A DNA stretch of 64,000 bases from Octopus vulgaris (taxonomy: Eukaryota), in the NCBI GenBank assembly GCA_951406725.2, contig OX597833.1:30194001-30258000 (forward strand), read 5' to 3'. The notes under the pieces are model-generated. The model saw only the letters and a program-made list of their open reading frames with translations, searched no databases and was not told the origin of the DNA. The translations under genes were made by a program, and so were the position numbers. Positions 37,595 to 54,114 of this stretch are shown piece after piece (the first letter of the stretch is position 1; every line of letters begins with the position of its first letter).

Positions 37595-38870
37595 TTGGGT
37601 CATACCATAAATAATGCAATTTTTTCAATTACATGAACTAAAAATTAGAGAGGGACAAGATGAACTACCTGCATCAACTTGCTATAAAAGCAGGTAGTAA
37701 TTTTGCCTTGTCAATATTCTTAGTGCGAGTTTTGAAGAGTTCAGTTCAATTTTAACAGTTATTTTTTTCATTTATGAATTCAATAAAGATAATGCAATGG
37801 AAAACGAATATTAATGCAGTATATGGGGATCAGACAATAAGCGTAAGTGTCAATGGTGTTTCCAGAAATTCTGAGCCAGAAACTACAGCCTAAAAGATTA
37901 GCCTTGTCCTGAAAGAACTGTAGAGCTTGATGAGGACATGCTGCAAACCCTGGTGGAACAAAATCCCATCGTAACTGTTGAGGAACTAGCAGATAAGCTT
38001 GGATTTGGTTATTCAACCATTCATCAACATTTGTGTCATTGGAAAAGTCAGAAAATTGGGTCAATGGGTTCCTCACAAAGTTTCCAAGTCTGATCATGTG
38101 CAGAGAGTGAACGTGTGCCCTTCCTTGCTGCTATGTCTCATGAATGAACCTTTTTTTGGACTGAATAGTGAATGGTGACGAGAAATGGGTTCTCTATAAA
38201 AATGTCAAGCGCCAAAGAGAGTGAGTAGGGAATGGAGAAACACCAGCACCCCAGGCTAAAGAAGGTCTTCATCCATGTAAGGTGTTGTTATCTGTTTGGT
38301 AGGATATGAAAGGTTTAGACCACTTTGAACTTTTAAACCCAAACCAAATGATAACAAAGGATATCTGTTGCGAGCAGCTTGAGTGGCTTAAGTCAATGCT
38401 AGAAGAAAAACAACTGTCTTTGGTTTCGAGACAAAAGGTGTTATTCCATCAGGATAATGCTCGGCCACATACAGTGCCGATAACATTCCAAAGGCTGGAG
38501 CAATTTGAATGGGAAATGATGCCCCACCCACCATATTCCCTGGACATTGCCCCGTCTGATTATCATTTATTCCGCAGTCTTCAAAATCATTTGGTCAGAA
38601 AAAATATGAATTCTGTAGATGAGGTCAGAACAGTACTGAGGAGTATTTTTTCTCACAGACAAGTGACTTTTGGAAGAGAGACCTTGCAAGTCTACCAGAA
38701 AGATGGAAGAGTATTGAACTAAATGAAGGAGAGTATATTTTAGAGAGAGACCTTGCAAGTCTACCAGAAAGATGGAAGAGTATTGAACTAAATGAAGGAG
38801 AGTATATTTTAGATTAAAAAAGAATTTTGAAAAATAAAAGTATTAAAAAATGCATTATTTATGGAACGTC

Positions 38871-38874
<4 letters not shown>
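37595..38874 (+). mobile_element. mariner transposon, full-length with TIRs, decayed
   Basis: TA|ttgggtcataccataaataatgca ... tgcattatttatggaacgtcccaa|TA. Motifs WVPHK, GDEKWV, FHQDNARPH and HPPYSLDIAPSDYHLFRSLQNHL. Confidence 0.94.
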
Positions 38875-38909
<35 letters not shown>

Positions 38910-39329
38910 CCACATACACATAAGTGTATGTGTAAATATATATGTTTGTACATATGTATCTTTTATCTTTTTATTTTGAATTGGGCTGCGGGCATGCCGG
39001 AGCACCACCACTTTCAAGAGTTTAGTCGAACAAATCAACACCAGTACTTATATTTCCTTCTAAATTTGATACTTGTCCTGGCAGTCTGTTTTGCCAAATG
39101 CTAAGTTAGCGGAATGAAAACAAACCAGCATCAATTATCAATTGGTGCTGGCGGACAAACACAAAGACACATACACACACACACTCACACTGAGCTTCTT
39201 TCAGTTTCCCACTACCGAATCCACACAAGGTTTTGATCCCAGTACTATAGCAGAAGATATCCGCCTAAAGTGCAACCTGGAACTGTGGTTGTGAAGCAAA
39301 TTCATATCACACAGCCATGTGTATGTATG

Positions 39330-42575
<3,246 letters not shown>

Positions 42576-45259
42576 AATATCAGATAAAAGGGAATTTATA
42601 AGTCCGAGGTGTATCCTCAGTCAATCCTTCAGCTTACAGAGTATATAGAAGTGGACGGTTTTTCTGAAAGGAAAGCATTCACACAACCTGAATTCCAAGA
42701 TTAATTAAATACTTGCAGAATATAATAGAGTAAGTCCAAGAATGTTATTATATTTATTTTCTTACAGTGTTTTCAACAATATATGGTTCACATACATCAT
42801 TAATGTAAATATGAATGATTGAATAATATTACAACTTAGTGTAAGTGATCCATTTCATCTCATCAGACAAAGGTCAAAAACACGTTGTAATTTACCCTTG
42901 GAAAATTGATATACATTGTTGTTTGTTAAGATCACAGAATTTATTTTTTGCTTGTTTCAGTCATTAGACACCGCTTTGAAGAATTTTTTTTTTTTAATGA
43001 ATCAACCCCACAACTTAATTTTTTTCGTTTAGGCCTGGTACTTATTCTATCAATCTTTTACCAAACTGCTCAGTTATGGGGACATAATCACATCAACAGC
43101 AGTGGTAGGGGAAAGACACAAACACACACACAATACAAGAGGCTTCTTTCAGTTTCTGTCTATTAAATCCACTTGGAAGGCTTTGATCAGCCCAAGGGTA
43201 CAATAGAAGATGCCATGTAGTAGGACTGAAACTAGAACCATATTACTGGGAAGCACGCTTCTTACCACACAGCCACACCTACAACTGTGTATATATCTAA
43301 AAAACTAAAGGAGTAATTACTTTTCAAAATAACATGTTTCTATTGGATGCAAATGACTGATCAATAATATGGAAAGAATAAGTAAACATTTATGTGAGTC
43401 AAATGAAATTAACTGACAGTATAAATAGTCTATACTTGCAAAAACACACATATAAGTATTATTACAAGATATGTAGTATAAGAAGGTCTTTATCAGAAAT
43501 AAGATGTTGTAAATGATCAAAATATAAATTTAAATGGAAATAATAATTAAAACTTAAAATCAAAATAAGAGCAAATGAGTGTGATGAAAAAATAAATAAA
43601 TGAAAGAATGAATAACTTTAAAATAAACTTGCTATAAGAGTGTGGAGGAATTTTGCAACTATTGACAATAATATAAGAGAAAGAAAAGAGATATATGTAG
43701 ACGATAAGAATAAAGGGAAGAATGAAAAAAAATTGTAGTGTGGTAAAGCATCTGAAATGAGGAGATACACATAACCGTCACTTAGCGGTTCGGCAAAAGA
43801 GACCGATAGAATAAGTACTGGGCTTACAAAGAATAAGTCCCGGGGTCGATTTGCTCAACTAAAGGCGGTGCTCCAGCATGGCTGCAGTCAAATGACTGAA
43901 ACAAGTAAAAGAGTATATATGTGGAAAATATGTAACATCATAAGAGAGAGGTGATTGCAACTAGAAAGGAATAATAGTACAGGAAATTAGACAGCCAGCA
44001 GTCACAGGCATAATTTATATAATAATTATCATCATTGAGTTTCATGCTTGCATGAGTCAGATAGAATTTTGTTGGGGTAAATTTTCTATGGCCAGATGCT
44101 CTCCTTGTTGCCAACCTTCCTCTGCAATATTTCCCCATGACCAGACATGGAAGATTGGAAGGAAAGTACATTGCTTGCATGGCAGTGATACTTGTTTATG
44201 ATGTGATGTCAATGCAAGGACACAGTAACCCACACACACACACGTGTGTGTGTGTGTGATAATCTGTATAAGTATGGGTTTATAAAATGTGCATGATGAG
44301 ATATCCTTAAAATAAAAATTAATAAAAGCTGGTTTATATTGAAAAAAATGTATATATCTATGAGTGTATACAGAGTGTGCATGCATATATATGTTAAACA
44401 CACAGGCAGTAAAAAGGAGATCATAACAAGATGAGGTAGTTTGAATTTTAAACTATACTTAGGTATAGCTAAAAAATATTTATGTGCATGAATGTTTACA
44501 TACAAGCAAACATTGTATGCGTGTGTATCATCCAACATGCCTTTTTCCATGCTGACATGGGTCGGACAGTTTGATACGATCCCCTGAGCTCCAGGGCCAG
44601 ATCAATTTCCAGTGTCAGCTTAGACATAGTTTCTGTTGCTGGATGCCCTTCCTAACACCAACCACTTTACAGGGTGTACCGGGTGCTCTTTTTCTAGCCA
44701 CCCTCACTAGTGAGATTGCCAAGTAACTTCTCAGATGAGAAAAGAATGGGAAAAAGAAAAGAAACCCTCTTGACTAATTGGGTAAGGAAGAATTTAAAAG
44801 AGGCCAGTGGTTTTATGCTAGGTTTTGAAATGCTAAAGTATGATAGAGGGACAAGTACAGGTGTCTTGCAATACAAGAGATACATGGCTGCACTACATTA
44901 CATAAGACGGGGAGAGGGTATAGTTTCATAAGAGTGTGAGGGGAGAGTAATAGATGGATAGAGGTGGGGCTAGTGGTCAATGTAGTGAGGGATAAGCAAG
45001 GGTCGAGATGCATTTGTTAGGAAATTCCAATGTGAAGATGAAGTTGAAAGAAATATAAGTGGCTCAGGAATCAAGGTAGATCAGAAGGGAGAGCAATGAT
45101 ATGCAAAGTATTGGAACTGTGGAGAGGGAGATGTAGAGGTACATAGGGGGCTATTATAGATGGTGTTGTGATGGCAGATATGAGAGGTGTTTTGATAGTG
45201 AATAGCAGAGGAGAGTGCTTCACTGAAAATAGTCTTGAAAGGGATAATGATCCTTTCTA

Positions 45260-45465
45260 CTGAAGGCACAAGGCCTGAAATTTGTGAGGCAGGGACTAGT
45301 CAATTACATCAATTCCAGTCATTCACAGGTACTTAATTTATCAACCCCGAAGGATGAAAGGCAAAGTCAGCCACAGCAGAATTTGAACTCAGAATGTGAA
45401 GACAGACAAAAAATGCTGCTAAGCATTTTGCCTGGCAAACTAATGATTCTGCAAGCTCGTTGCCT
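45260..45465 (-). repeat. Nin/Deu-domain-like SINE
   Basis: ggtacttaatttatcaaccccgaaggatgaaaggcaaagtc is the reverse complement of the core at 25621. Confidence 0.8.
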
Positions 45466-45639
45466 TCTAGGAAGGGATAATAATGCAAATGAGAAGTAGA
45501 AGTTCCAGGATTTGGGAATGTAACTGGAAGTGCAAGCCAAGTAGTGCCAAAGTTAGAGGAGTGATGGGTGTTAGGGGATGAAAGTAGGAAATACAAGCAT
45601 AACCAGGGTGGTTTTAAGACATCATTTTTGGTGGGAATG

Positions 45640-48600
45640 TATGGGTCTTGTGCACAGTGAATTGCCAATCTACTCTGTTCTTTGTAATCTTCCCATAAGG
45701 CTCTGCTCTTGAGATCAGCTTTCACTACTTCATCCCATGTCTTCCTAGGTCTCCTCTCTTCCACAAGTTCTATCCACTTTATGTGTGACACTTATTTACA
45801 CAACTGTCTTCATCCATACACATCACATGACCAAACCACTGCAATATTCCCTCTTGCACACTACATCTGATTCTTCTTATGACCACTTTTTCTCTCAATA
45901 CATTTGCACTTTGTTGCATAGGCACGCTCATATTGAACATCCAACAAAGCATACTAGTTTCATTTCTCTCTAGTCTTCCCATATCCTCTGCATTCAGGAC
46001 TCATATCTTACTACTCAGTAGTGCTGCTGTTCATACACAAGCATCAAACAATCTGCCTTTCACTCTGAGAGAGAGACCTCTTGTTGCCAACAGAGGTAAT
46101 AGCTCTCTGAACTATTCTTATTCTAGTAACTATACTTTCAGAATATCCTCCTCCACTGTTAATTATGTTACCTAGGTAATAGAAACTATTCACTACCTCT
46201 AGGGGGCCTGCAGGGCATTTGAAAAAAATTTGTTTCTCTATTATCTTTCATGTTTATGGCTTCCATGTATCTTCTGCATACAAACACTACTTTCTCTATT
46301 AACCTTCCTATTATTCCACTACACATTTTATGTGTCCATAGCTTGCACTGGGCATACCATTTGAAATTTCTTCCTACACCTTTACCACATAGCAAGCTGA
46401 ACCATTTACTTGAAGGGAGTGATGTCCTCTTCATTTTTCTGCTTACTAGAACTTCAGATTTGCTAAGTTAATTTTAAGGCACTTTGATTCCACACCTGGA
46501 ATTTCTTTTTTTAATCCTGTTTCTAATACTGCTTTGAAAAGGAAATCATCAGCATATAGTTATTTTCAAAAGCAGCTGTACTTCAAATTCCTCTGTAGTA
46601 GCCCCTCCTGAGAATTAGGTACTGGTGAACTCCAACCTCTATTCTAAATCCTTTGATTTTACTCATGGCTAATTCTCATCTTACTGATAGCACCTCTGTA
46701 TATTACTTGTATAGCTTTCACAAGCCATTTGTCTATCCCTTGCTTCCTCAGAGACTGCCATATTACAGAGTGAGGAACTCTGTTGAAGGTTATCTCCAGG
46801 TCAACAAATGCCAAGTGCAATGGTTTATTTTTAGCTAAATACTTCTGCTTTTGTCATACTAAGATGGCATCAGTAATACTTCTCAACAGAAAACCAAACT
46901 GCATCTCATCTAGTCTAATTCTGTTCCTAATTCTCATCTGGTCTAATTCTATTTCTAATTAATTGGGTTATAACTCTCTCCATAGCTTTCATGACCTACT
47001 CCAGCAATTTGTAACCTCTTGCTCACAGCATCTTGATTTTTCTCTGGTACACTGCCTTACAATCCAGAATACTTCATGCCACTAAGCCTCATGCTGCAGA
47101 ACATTACCATATCTCCTTTCTGCAATGTAAACTTGTCATCTAGCTACCTGGTATATTTCTCTGCTACCCCCATTCTTTCAATCCTGTCTCTGCATTTAGT
47201 TCTGTCTATCTTGCAGTTCTGCTACCATGTCACCCTTCGTCTGACCAGGACTTTGCACCAGCTACTAGGTTTATAGCTCTCAGTAGGTTGTCTCATAGGA
47301 ACTTCCATTTGTCCTCTATGCTATACATCTCTAGTTCTTCCTTTTCATCAAAAGCTTCCTCTGGGACAGGTATCACCAAACTATGGCCCACAAGGTCAGT
47401 TCATCCAGCCCTCTGTACCTTTTGTGTAAGTACTTGCAATGAGAGTTCATTTGCTTCTAGTATGGCATCAGCATTTGGAACAACTGATGTCTGTGAGCAA
47501 ACATTTTCAATAATGAAGTATGTGAAGTCAGCACATCGAACAAGGTTGGCTGATGAACATTTGAAAGCAATTCTCTTGGTTGGATGCAGCAATTCCAAAG
47601 CAAATATTGATGATATCTTCAAAGCTAAACACCAGTTTCACAAATCTCACTAACCTTTTTTGCTGCTTAGTTTGTGAGATTCAGATATGTGTACAGCTGT
47701 CTTATTGTTAACATCGCTTTCTTTAATAAATTTTGGTAAATAATATGTTGGTTATCTTTATTCTTTGTGTATTCATTGTATTGTATTGAACTAAAAGGTT
47801 ATGCAGTCTGCACTCATTCTCTCAATTATCTGACCCACCATATAAAAAGTTTGGTGTCACCCCTGCTCTAGGATATCTCTAAATTTCTGGCTGTTTGAAG
47901 GGTCTTTGAGTTTCCATATCTTTCTTTTCCAGACTGGTTTATTTTACTGAATCCTTCTAGTCTTATGTCACTCACTTATATTGTTGTACATTCCTTGCTT
48001 GGGAGAGACTTTGCATTTACAAGCATCTGTCTGTCCCATATTCAGAGGAGTCAATCTGGTTTGTGTGCCCACCAGATCAGGTGGTTGGCAGGTTTCCTGA
48101 AGTTAGCCTTGCTCCCTCTTCATTTCTAAAACCAAAACTGTAACCCTCATGCATACCATGAAATCCATTTGTGGTGTCTGTGTGTTTTCTAATGTATTTA
48201 ACAAGGTGTGTGTTGTTGGTGTCAATGGCTGTGAGGTGTGTGTTTTGTATAGCCCAACATGTCCATTGAAGTCACCAGCCATAAACAAATTTCTGTCATT
48301 TGTCATTGAGGCAGTCTTCAAAAGGACTAAAAATGGCTCTTCTGTTCATCTGCCAACCCATATTATGGAGCATATATAGAGATAAATGTAACTTCTGATT
48401 TATTTAAGACTAGCTTCATCTTACCTTATCCTACCACTCATTCTTACTCCCTCAGTTACTTTATCTACTCATTTTTCTGACAAAAATATACCTACACCAT
48501 CCACCCTGTTGCTACTACACAATCAAAAGAATTTGAACCTCTGTTCTTGCTCATGTAGCTGAAGCTCCCCTCCATCTTACCTCTTGCACACAGCACATGC

Positions 48601-48700
48601 CTGCTTCAGCATTTCAGTTCTCTCTCTGTCCTTTCTTTCATTGTACCAGCATTGATGGTACTGGTCCTAAATTTTTGTCTTGGAAGGAAGACTTGGAAAA
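45640..48700 (-). mobile_element. decayed, near full-span RTE LINE (endonuclease to C-terminus), interrupted by a hAT element
   Basis: The minus strand reads AGDFNGHVG (EN), CGKGVGRNFKWYAQCKLWTHKMC, RLERNETSMLCWM and RRPRKTWDEVVKADLK. Confidence 0.85.
47367..47865 (+). mobile_element. hAT (Charlie/Buster-like) internal-deletion derivative
   Basis: TIRs caggtatcaccaaact and agtttggtgtcacccctg. 8-bp TSD ctctggga / ctctagga. Dimerisation-domain remnant SAFGTTDVCEQTFSIMKYVKSAHRTRLADEHLKAIL. Confidence 0.9.
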
Positions 48701-49741
48701 TAGTTCTTGGACAGTTATCAGCACCAGAAAACAGATTTGTGTGAACCTTTGGCAGAGGACTTTAGTACAGGGCTAAATTACTAAATGAATTACGATTTTC
48801 TCAATCCCACAAACCATCTAAGACAAGCACCAGCAAGGAGTGAAGTAGGGGGCTAGATTTCAGGTTTGCCAGAAGAGAGGAGACAGTACATAGCAAGGAC
48901 TAATATCTACATTTGTTACCACACACACACACATCCTGCATACATAAATACGTGTACACATACATGTATACAACTCACATAGCCATGCATGCATGTAAGC
49001 TTGTGGTAGCAAAAGGGAGTACACCAAAATATCATATACATACGTAAAGAAGAAAGAGTGCATAATGAGTTGTCTGTGAACTCAGTTCATGTACATTTCA
49101 ATCAAATGTTATGGGGTGGGGCAGAGAATGGGGAAAGTGGGGACAGAAAGTTCCAGGCTGCTGTTAACTCTATGAGACCCTATTGAAATTATAGTTCATC
49201 TTTAGCGATGTTTTTGTAATGTATGTGTGCATAATGCAATTAAATCAACTTGTTTTCAAATATTACCTACCTTATTTTTCACATGTGTGTCAGAAGATTT
49301 ACTCTCTTTCTCTTTATGTGTATAAGTCTATTCCTTCTGTGATCTTAACAAACAACAGTATATAGCATAATTTTCCAAGTGTAAATTATATTACATTTTT
49401 GACCTTTGTCTAATAAGATGAAATGGATCACATGTACTCCATTGTAATTTACCTGGTAATGGATCACATGTACTCCATTGTAATTTACCTGGTAATTCAT
49501 ATTTACATTAATGATGTATCTGAAACAATGTATTGTTGAAACAGCCATAATGAAGGAATAAATGTAATACCATAACTACCATCCTTGGACTGAGCATGAG
49601 TGCTCAATACTGCATTGGTGGATAATGATTCTTGTTTATTTGTCTCCATCCAAGATGGAGACAAACACCAATATTCCTTGTGGCAGGCCTGATAATTGTT
49701 ATGGGATTTCTCTCTTAACATGAAACCAATGGTAGCTTTAA

Positions 49742-49955
49742 TCCTTTAGTATTTAAACCAACCGTATCCATCTCAAATATTCTACTTGTTTTATGTTCAA
49801 ATGGGCCAGATTTAGCCTCTCACTCTACAATGTTATTCTAAAAATAAACAAACCCATCATCATAATCTTGAAGCCACAAGATAATGCATTATTAATTCAA
49901 AACAATGTGAATAAATAAGTCTTACATTTGACAGAGTAATCTGAATGCTAAAGGG
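49742..49955. mobile_element. piggyBac-like MITE
   Basis: TTAA|tcctttagtattta ... tgaatgctaaaggg|TTAA: TTAA target duplication and CCCT-type TIRs, non-coding. Confidence 0.8.
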
Positions 49956-50579
49956 TTAACTCAGAAATAAAGTATTTTGATTAATTGACTCTACAATGAT
50001 TTAGCACAACTGACAAGATGATGAATGTACAACTGGAAATTTTACATCTTTCTCTAATGTGTTTTGTATTGTTCTTGTTGTTTTCAAAACTGTACAGATT
50101 TCATGGAAATAACTTCATAAACAATTGATTTGTCAAATTCGTTGTCTTAACAAAACACTTCCTGACTGTTTATTGTAAATCAGACTAAAATACACCACCT
50201 GGTCTTCATTCATGTATGTATGTATGTACGTACTTAAAAAAAAAAAAACATGAAAAAGCTAGGTATGTTATTCTGGAATATTTTTATTGTCTTAGTGTAC
50301 ATTTCACAGACCTCAACTTTTTATATATGCTATCAATTGACAGTTATAAATAAAGTTTTATTGATATTATTATTGTTGTTGTTGTTGATATTAATATTGC
50401 ATTTCATCCTTCCAGAGGTTGATAAAGTACCAGTTAAGTACTAGAGTTGATCTAATCAACTTATTCCTCAAATATTCATTCTTCCACCAATGTGTTCTCT
50501 TGTACATATATGAGTAACTATTATTATTATTATTGTTGTCAGCAAAGTAAGACATGTTTTGAGTGCTCCGTAAGTTGGG

Positions 50580-52425
50580 ATTTTGTTGTGACTTTTTGAA
50601 GACTTTTGACTGTTTTGTTTGTCTTTTTGTTTTCTGAACCCCTTTTGGTGTGCAGAAGGGGTTCTTTTGTTGAAAGTTCACCTCAAGATCAACTACCCCA
50701 AATATAAAGAGATGCGAAGAAAGCTGCAAGCGACTGCAGAAGCAGGGCACCTCCAGCACAGCAGCAGCAGAAACCAACCCCATTACCAACAGCAGCTGCA
50801 ACACCACCTCCAGGGCACCAACAACAACAGAGGGAGTACCACCATCAGCCAGAGTAACACCACCAGCTGGTGTACCACAACCACTAGCCAGAGTACCTCC
50901 ACCAACACCAGTCAGAGTACCACTACCACCAGTTGGAGTACCACCACTACCACCAGTAGCAGTACTGTATCAGTAGCAGCAGCCAGAAATTAACCCCAGC
51001 AAAATGAAGAGCCAGAGAATATCCTTCCCGACCAAAACAACTCGGACTGTTCAAGTACTGCGGTCGAGAAGGGGGAGTGGCAAACAGTTCCCCCTAAAAA
51101 AGAAAAAGAAAGACAAGAGAAGAAAAGAGGGGGCGGTGCAAACAGGAGGAAATTCCCAACGGCAGCAACATGCATGTACAGCAACCAACAACAACAACAC
51201 AGTACAGAGCACAAACAGACTATGTGAAGCACACACTTCACAGCCATCGACACTGACAACACACACTTTGTTAAATACATCAGAGAACACAACACCGCAC
51301 ATAAAGATTTTAAAACTAAAGCATGACACCTACAACACATTAAAAATTAACTTTCCAAATGTTGTCGGGTCATTTCAAAACACATTTTCTAAAAGACCAT
51401 CTAAAAACCTCATGGAAACGCCCACAACAAAGACAACAGTGTCACCCCTGCCAGATAACAATGGTAAGAAGAGCTCTTCTCCATTACAATCAGAATAGGT
51501 TATATAAATGTCAGGGGCTTTGGCTTGCCCCGGAAACAAGGTCACCTTCTAAATGCTGCTGTCCCTTAGTGTAGATGTTGCAGCCATTAGTGAATCTAGA
51601 CTATCCGACCCATAGGACCTCATCACCTTTTCCGGTGGCAATGAGATTTTTCTATCTCTGAGTTGGCCAGGAAGGCAGTCTTCCTGGATCCAGAAGGCAA
51701 GTTGGTGGTCTTAGATGTGAACAGCAGTGATGGCAGTGCTTTCAGACTGGAGGCCGCCTATGCTCCAACAGGGGCAGGGCGATCTGATTACTTCAAGCCT
51801 CTGGAGGTTTTCCTGGGAACGTCTCGGACTTTAGTATTAGTAGGGGATTGGAACGCTCTCTTAGATGGACGTTTCAATTGCGTGGGAGTATCTGATAGGA
51901 GAGGAGGGTGCAAAAGCCTCAAAAACCTGCTCACATGTTTTCAGTCGTCCAACAGGTACCAACTAGTTTACACAAATGTGGATTTGGACAAACTGCATCA
52001 GGTCACCTAGATCGTATCTAGATAGGGTATTCTGTAGGCCAGCAGACAAGGATAGCATAGGTTATCCACAATTTCACATGGTTGGCTACACAGACCACAA
52101 ATTTGTGATCTGCACAGTCAACTTAGATAGGCTTCATTGATAGGGTCCCGGCTACTGGAAGCTGAACACATTGTTAACAGCAAGGCAAGCTTACAGAGAC
52201 CAGATTAGCAAATTAGTTAAGCAGATGATGACGGGGGCAATTGTCAACAACAACTGGTGGTTTGCTCTTAAAAGGGCAATTAGAGTAGAATCAATTAGGT
52301 TTAGCAAGGCATTAGCAGTAGAGAGAAATAGAATAGAGGGAGATTTCCTTAGAACTTTTTGATGAGGCACTTAGGACAGGCATCACAACTGACATGTTGG
52401 CAGCGAGAGTGGCTCTCGACCAAAC
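50580..52425 (+). mobile_element. Tx1/L1-clade LINE fragment (low-complexity ORF1 end + APE endonuclease), decayed
   Basis: YINVRG, VAAISESR, DPEGKLVVLDV, AYAP, VLVGDWNALLD, SYLDRVF, TDHKFV and GPGYWKLN are present. There is no RT, as the copy is truncated at an RTE fragment. Confidence 0.85.
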
Positions 52426-52429
52426 ATTT

Positions 52430-53105
52430 CTTTATGCAATTATCTTCATCTATATGCATCACATAACCACAGTCTTCTCTCTTGCACACTACATTTCATG
52501 CCTCTTACACCCAATTTTTCTCTCAACACATTTTCACTCTGTCATACATTCTGACATTGCACATCCATCAGTTTCAGTCATTGCTAAATTAATTCAAAAG
52601 CTCTTTAATTCCAGGCCTTGCTCCCATACCTGAAATTTCTTCTCTAATTTTACTATAGATCCATCTGTAAGAAACAGGTCTTAGTATAGAGAAGCTCTTA
52701 TAGGCAATCCATTTTAAGTAATTCTGTTATGGGCTATGATAAACAAGAAGGGGGCTAAGAACCACACCTCAGTGAACTCCTACTTGCACACTAAATTCAT
52801 TGCTATTCTCGGTGCTGACTTTTACCTTACTGAGAGCATCCTTGTACATGGCTTGGATAACTCTCTCCTGCCACTTATTTATCCCTAGCTTCCACAGTGA
52901 CCATCAGATGAAGGAGTGAGGGACCCTGTCAAAGACTTTATCCATATCAATGAATGCCAAGTATAGATGTTTATTTTTGATTAAATGCTTCTTCTGCAGT
53001 TGTCTAATTAAGAAGATAGCATCAGAAGTGCTTCTCTCTGGCACAAAACCAAACTGCATCTCATCTATGCTAATTCTCTTCATAATTAATTGAGCCATAA
53101 CCCTT
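52430..53105 (-). mobile_element. RTE LINE RT fragment
   Basis: AQLIMKRISIDEMQFGFVPERSTSDAIFLIRQLQKK...AFIDMDKVFDRVP. Confidence 0.88.
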
Positions 53106-53814
53106 TCCCTTACTTACATTAGGCCAATGAGTGACAAGTATATGTGTAAGTATATGTGTCTGTCAGTATACATACAAACATTTTTGGAAATTTTTGTCAG
53201 AATCATAATCTCCGTATTTTTCCGCATATTTTGAAAAAAAAAATTCTGAAAAAGTTTTAAAAATGAAGGAAATGGGAGTGGGAATGGTAATTTAAAAATG
53301 CTGATTTTTGCCAATTTTTTTGCAGATTCGTATCCTCCGTAGCCGGAAAGTGGGGTTTGTGTCGAAAAAAAAAATTTTTTTAAATGGGTGTTGTGTGTAG
53401 GGGACTGACGGAAGTCTTGCCGTCATTTACATTTTTATCTCATATTTTTCATAATTTGTTTTATATCGGTAAGCTTATCGATAAGGACAAACATTTTTAA
53501 CTTACCAGTAACAATTTTTACCCAATTTTTTAACCAAACAAAAACTTCGATTCAATACATACAGGAAATAATAAACTAGTTCAGGGGAGACAATTCCCAT
53601 AAAACAGTTCAAGGGAAAAAACCGTGTTTATATTTTTTTTATTTGACAATGAAAGTTATTTTATTAGAGTCGTTACATATTCAACAGACTCACGATCAAA
53701 GGGTTTACACTCCTAACGATTTCGTCGTTTCTAAGAAGGGAAAATTTGAGGGAAAATTCGCGGTTAATACAAAGATCTTCACCCGTTAACAACAAAAAAA
53801 AAAAAAAAACAGCC

Positions 53815-54095
53815 TGTTGGGTGTTAACAACTGTGTAGAAAACGAATATGACAAAATAAAAAATGTGTGCAAACGAACCTGGTAGGGTGGGGAGAGGAGT
53901 TTCAAAACATTCACTTTATAATCATAATATATGCTGTTTGAAAGATATTTCTATAAAATTTCATTGAAAAGTTATGAGGGAAAAACTCGGATTTTGTGAA
54001 TTTTTCGAAGTCCTCTCCCCACCATCCCGTTGCTTTACGCGCATATTTTTTTTTCACATTCGTTTCCTACACATTGTTTTACACCCATTCCAATA
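53815..54095. repeat. diverged inverted repeat (MITE-like)
   Basis: gggtgttaacaactgtgtagaaaacgaat...gtggggagagga at 53819-53899 pairs with tcctctccccac...attcgtttcctacacattgttttacaccc at 54011-54086. Confidence 0.7.
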
Positions 54096-54114
54096 TTTGG
54101 GGGGGGATTTTTAT

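Noticed and set aside
50619-51498. Gln/Thr-rich host gene
   Set aside because: It lies directly upstream of a Tx1-type endonuclease and is frameshifted. It is best explained as LINE ORF1.
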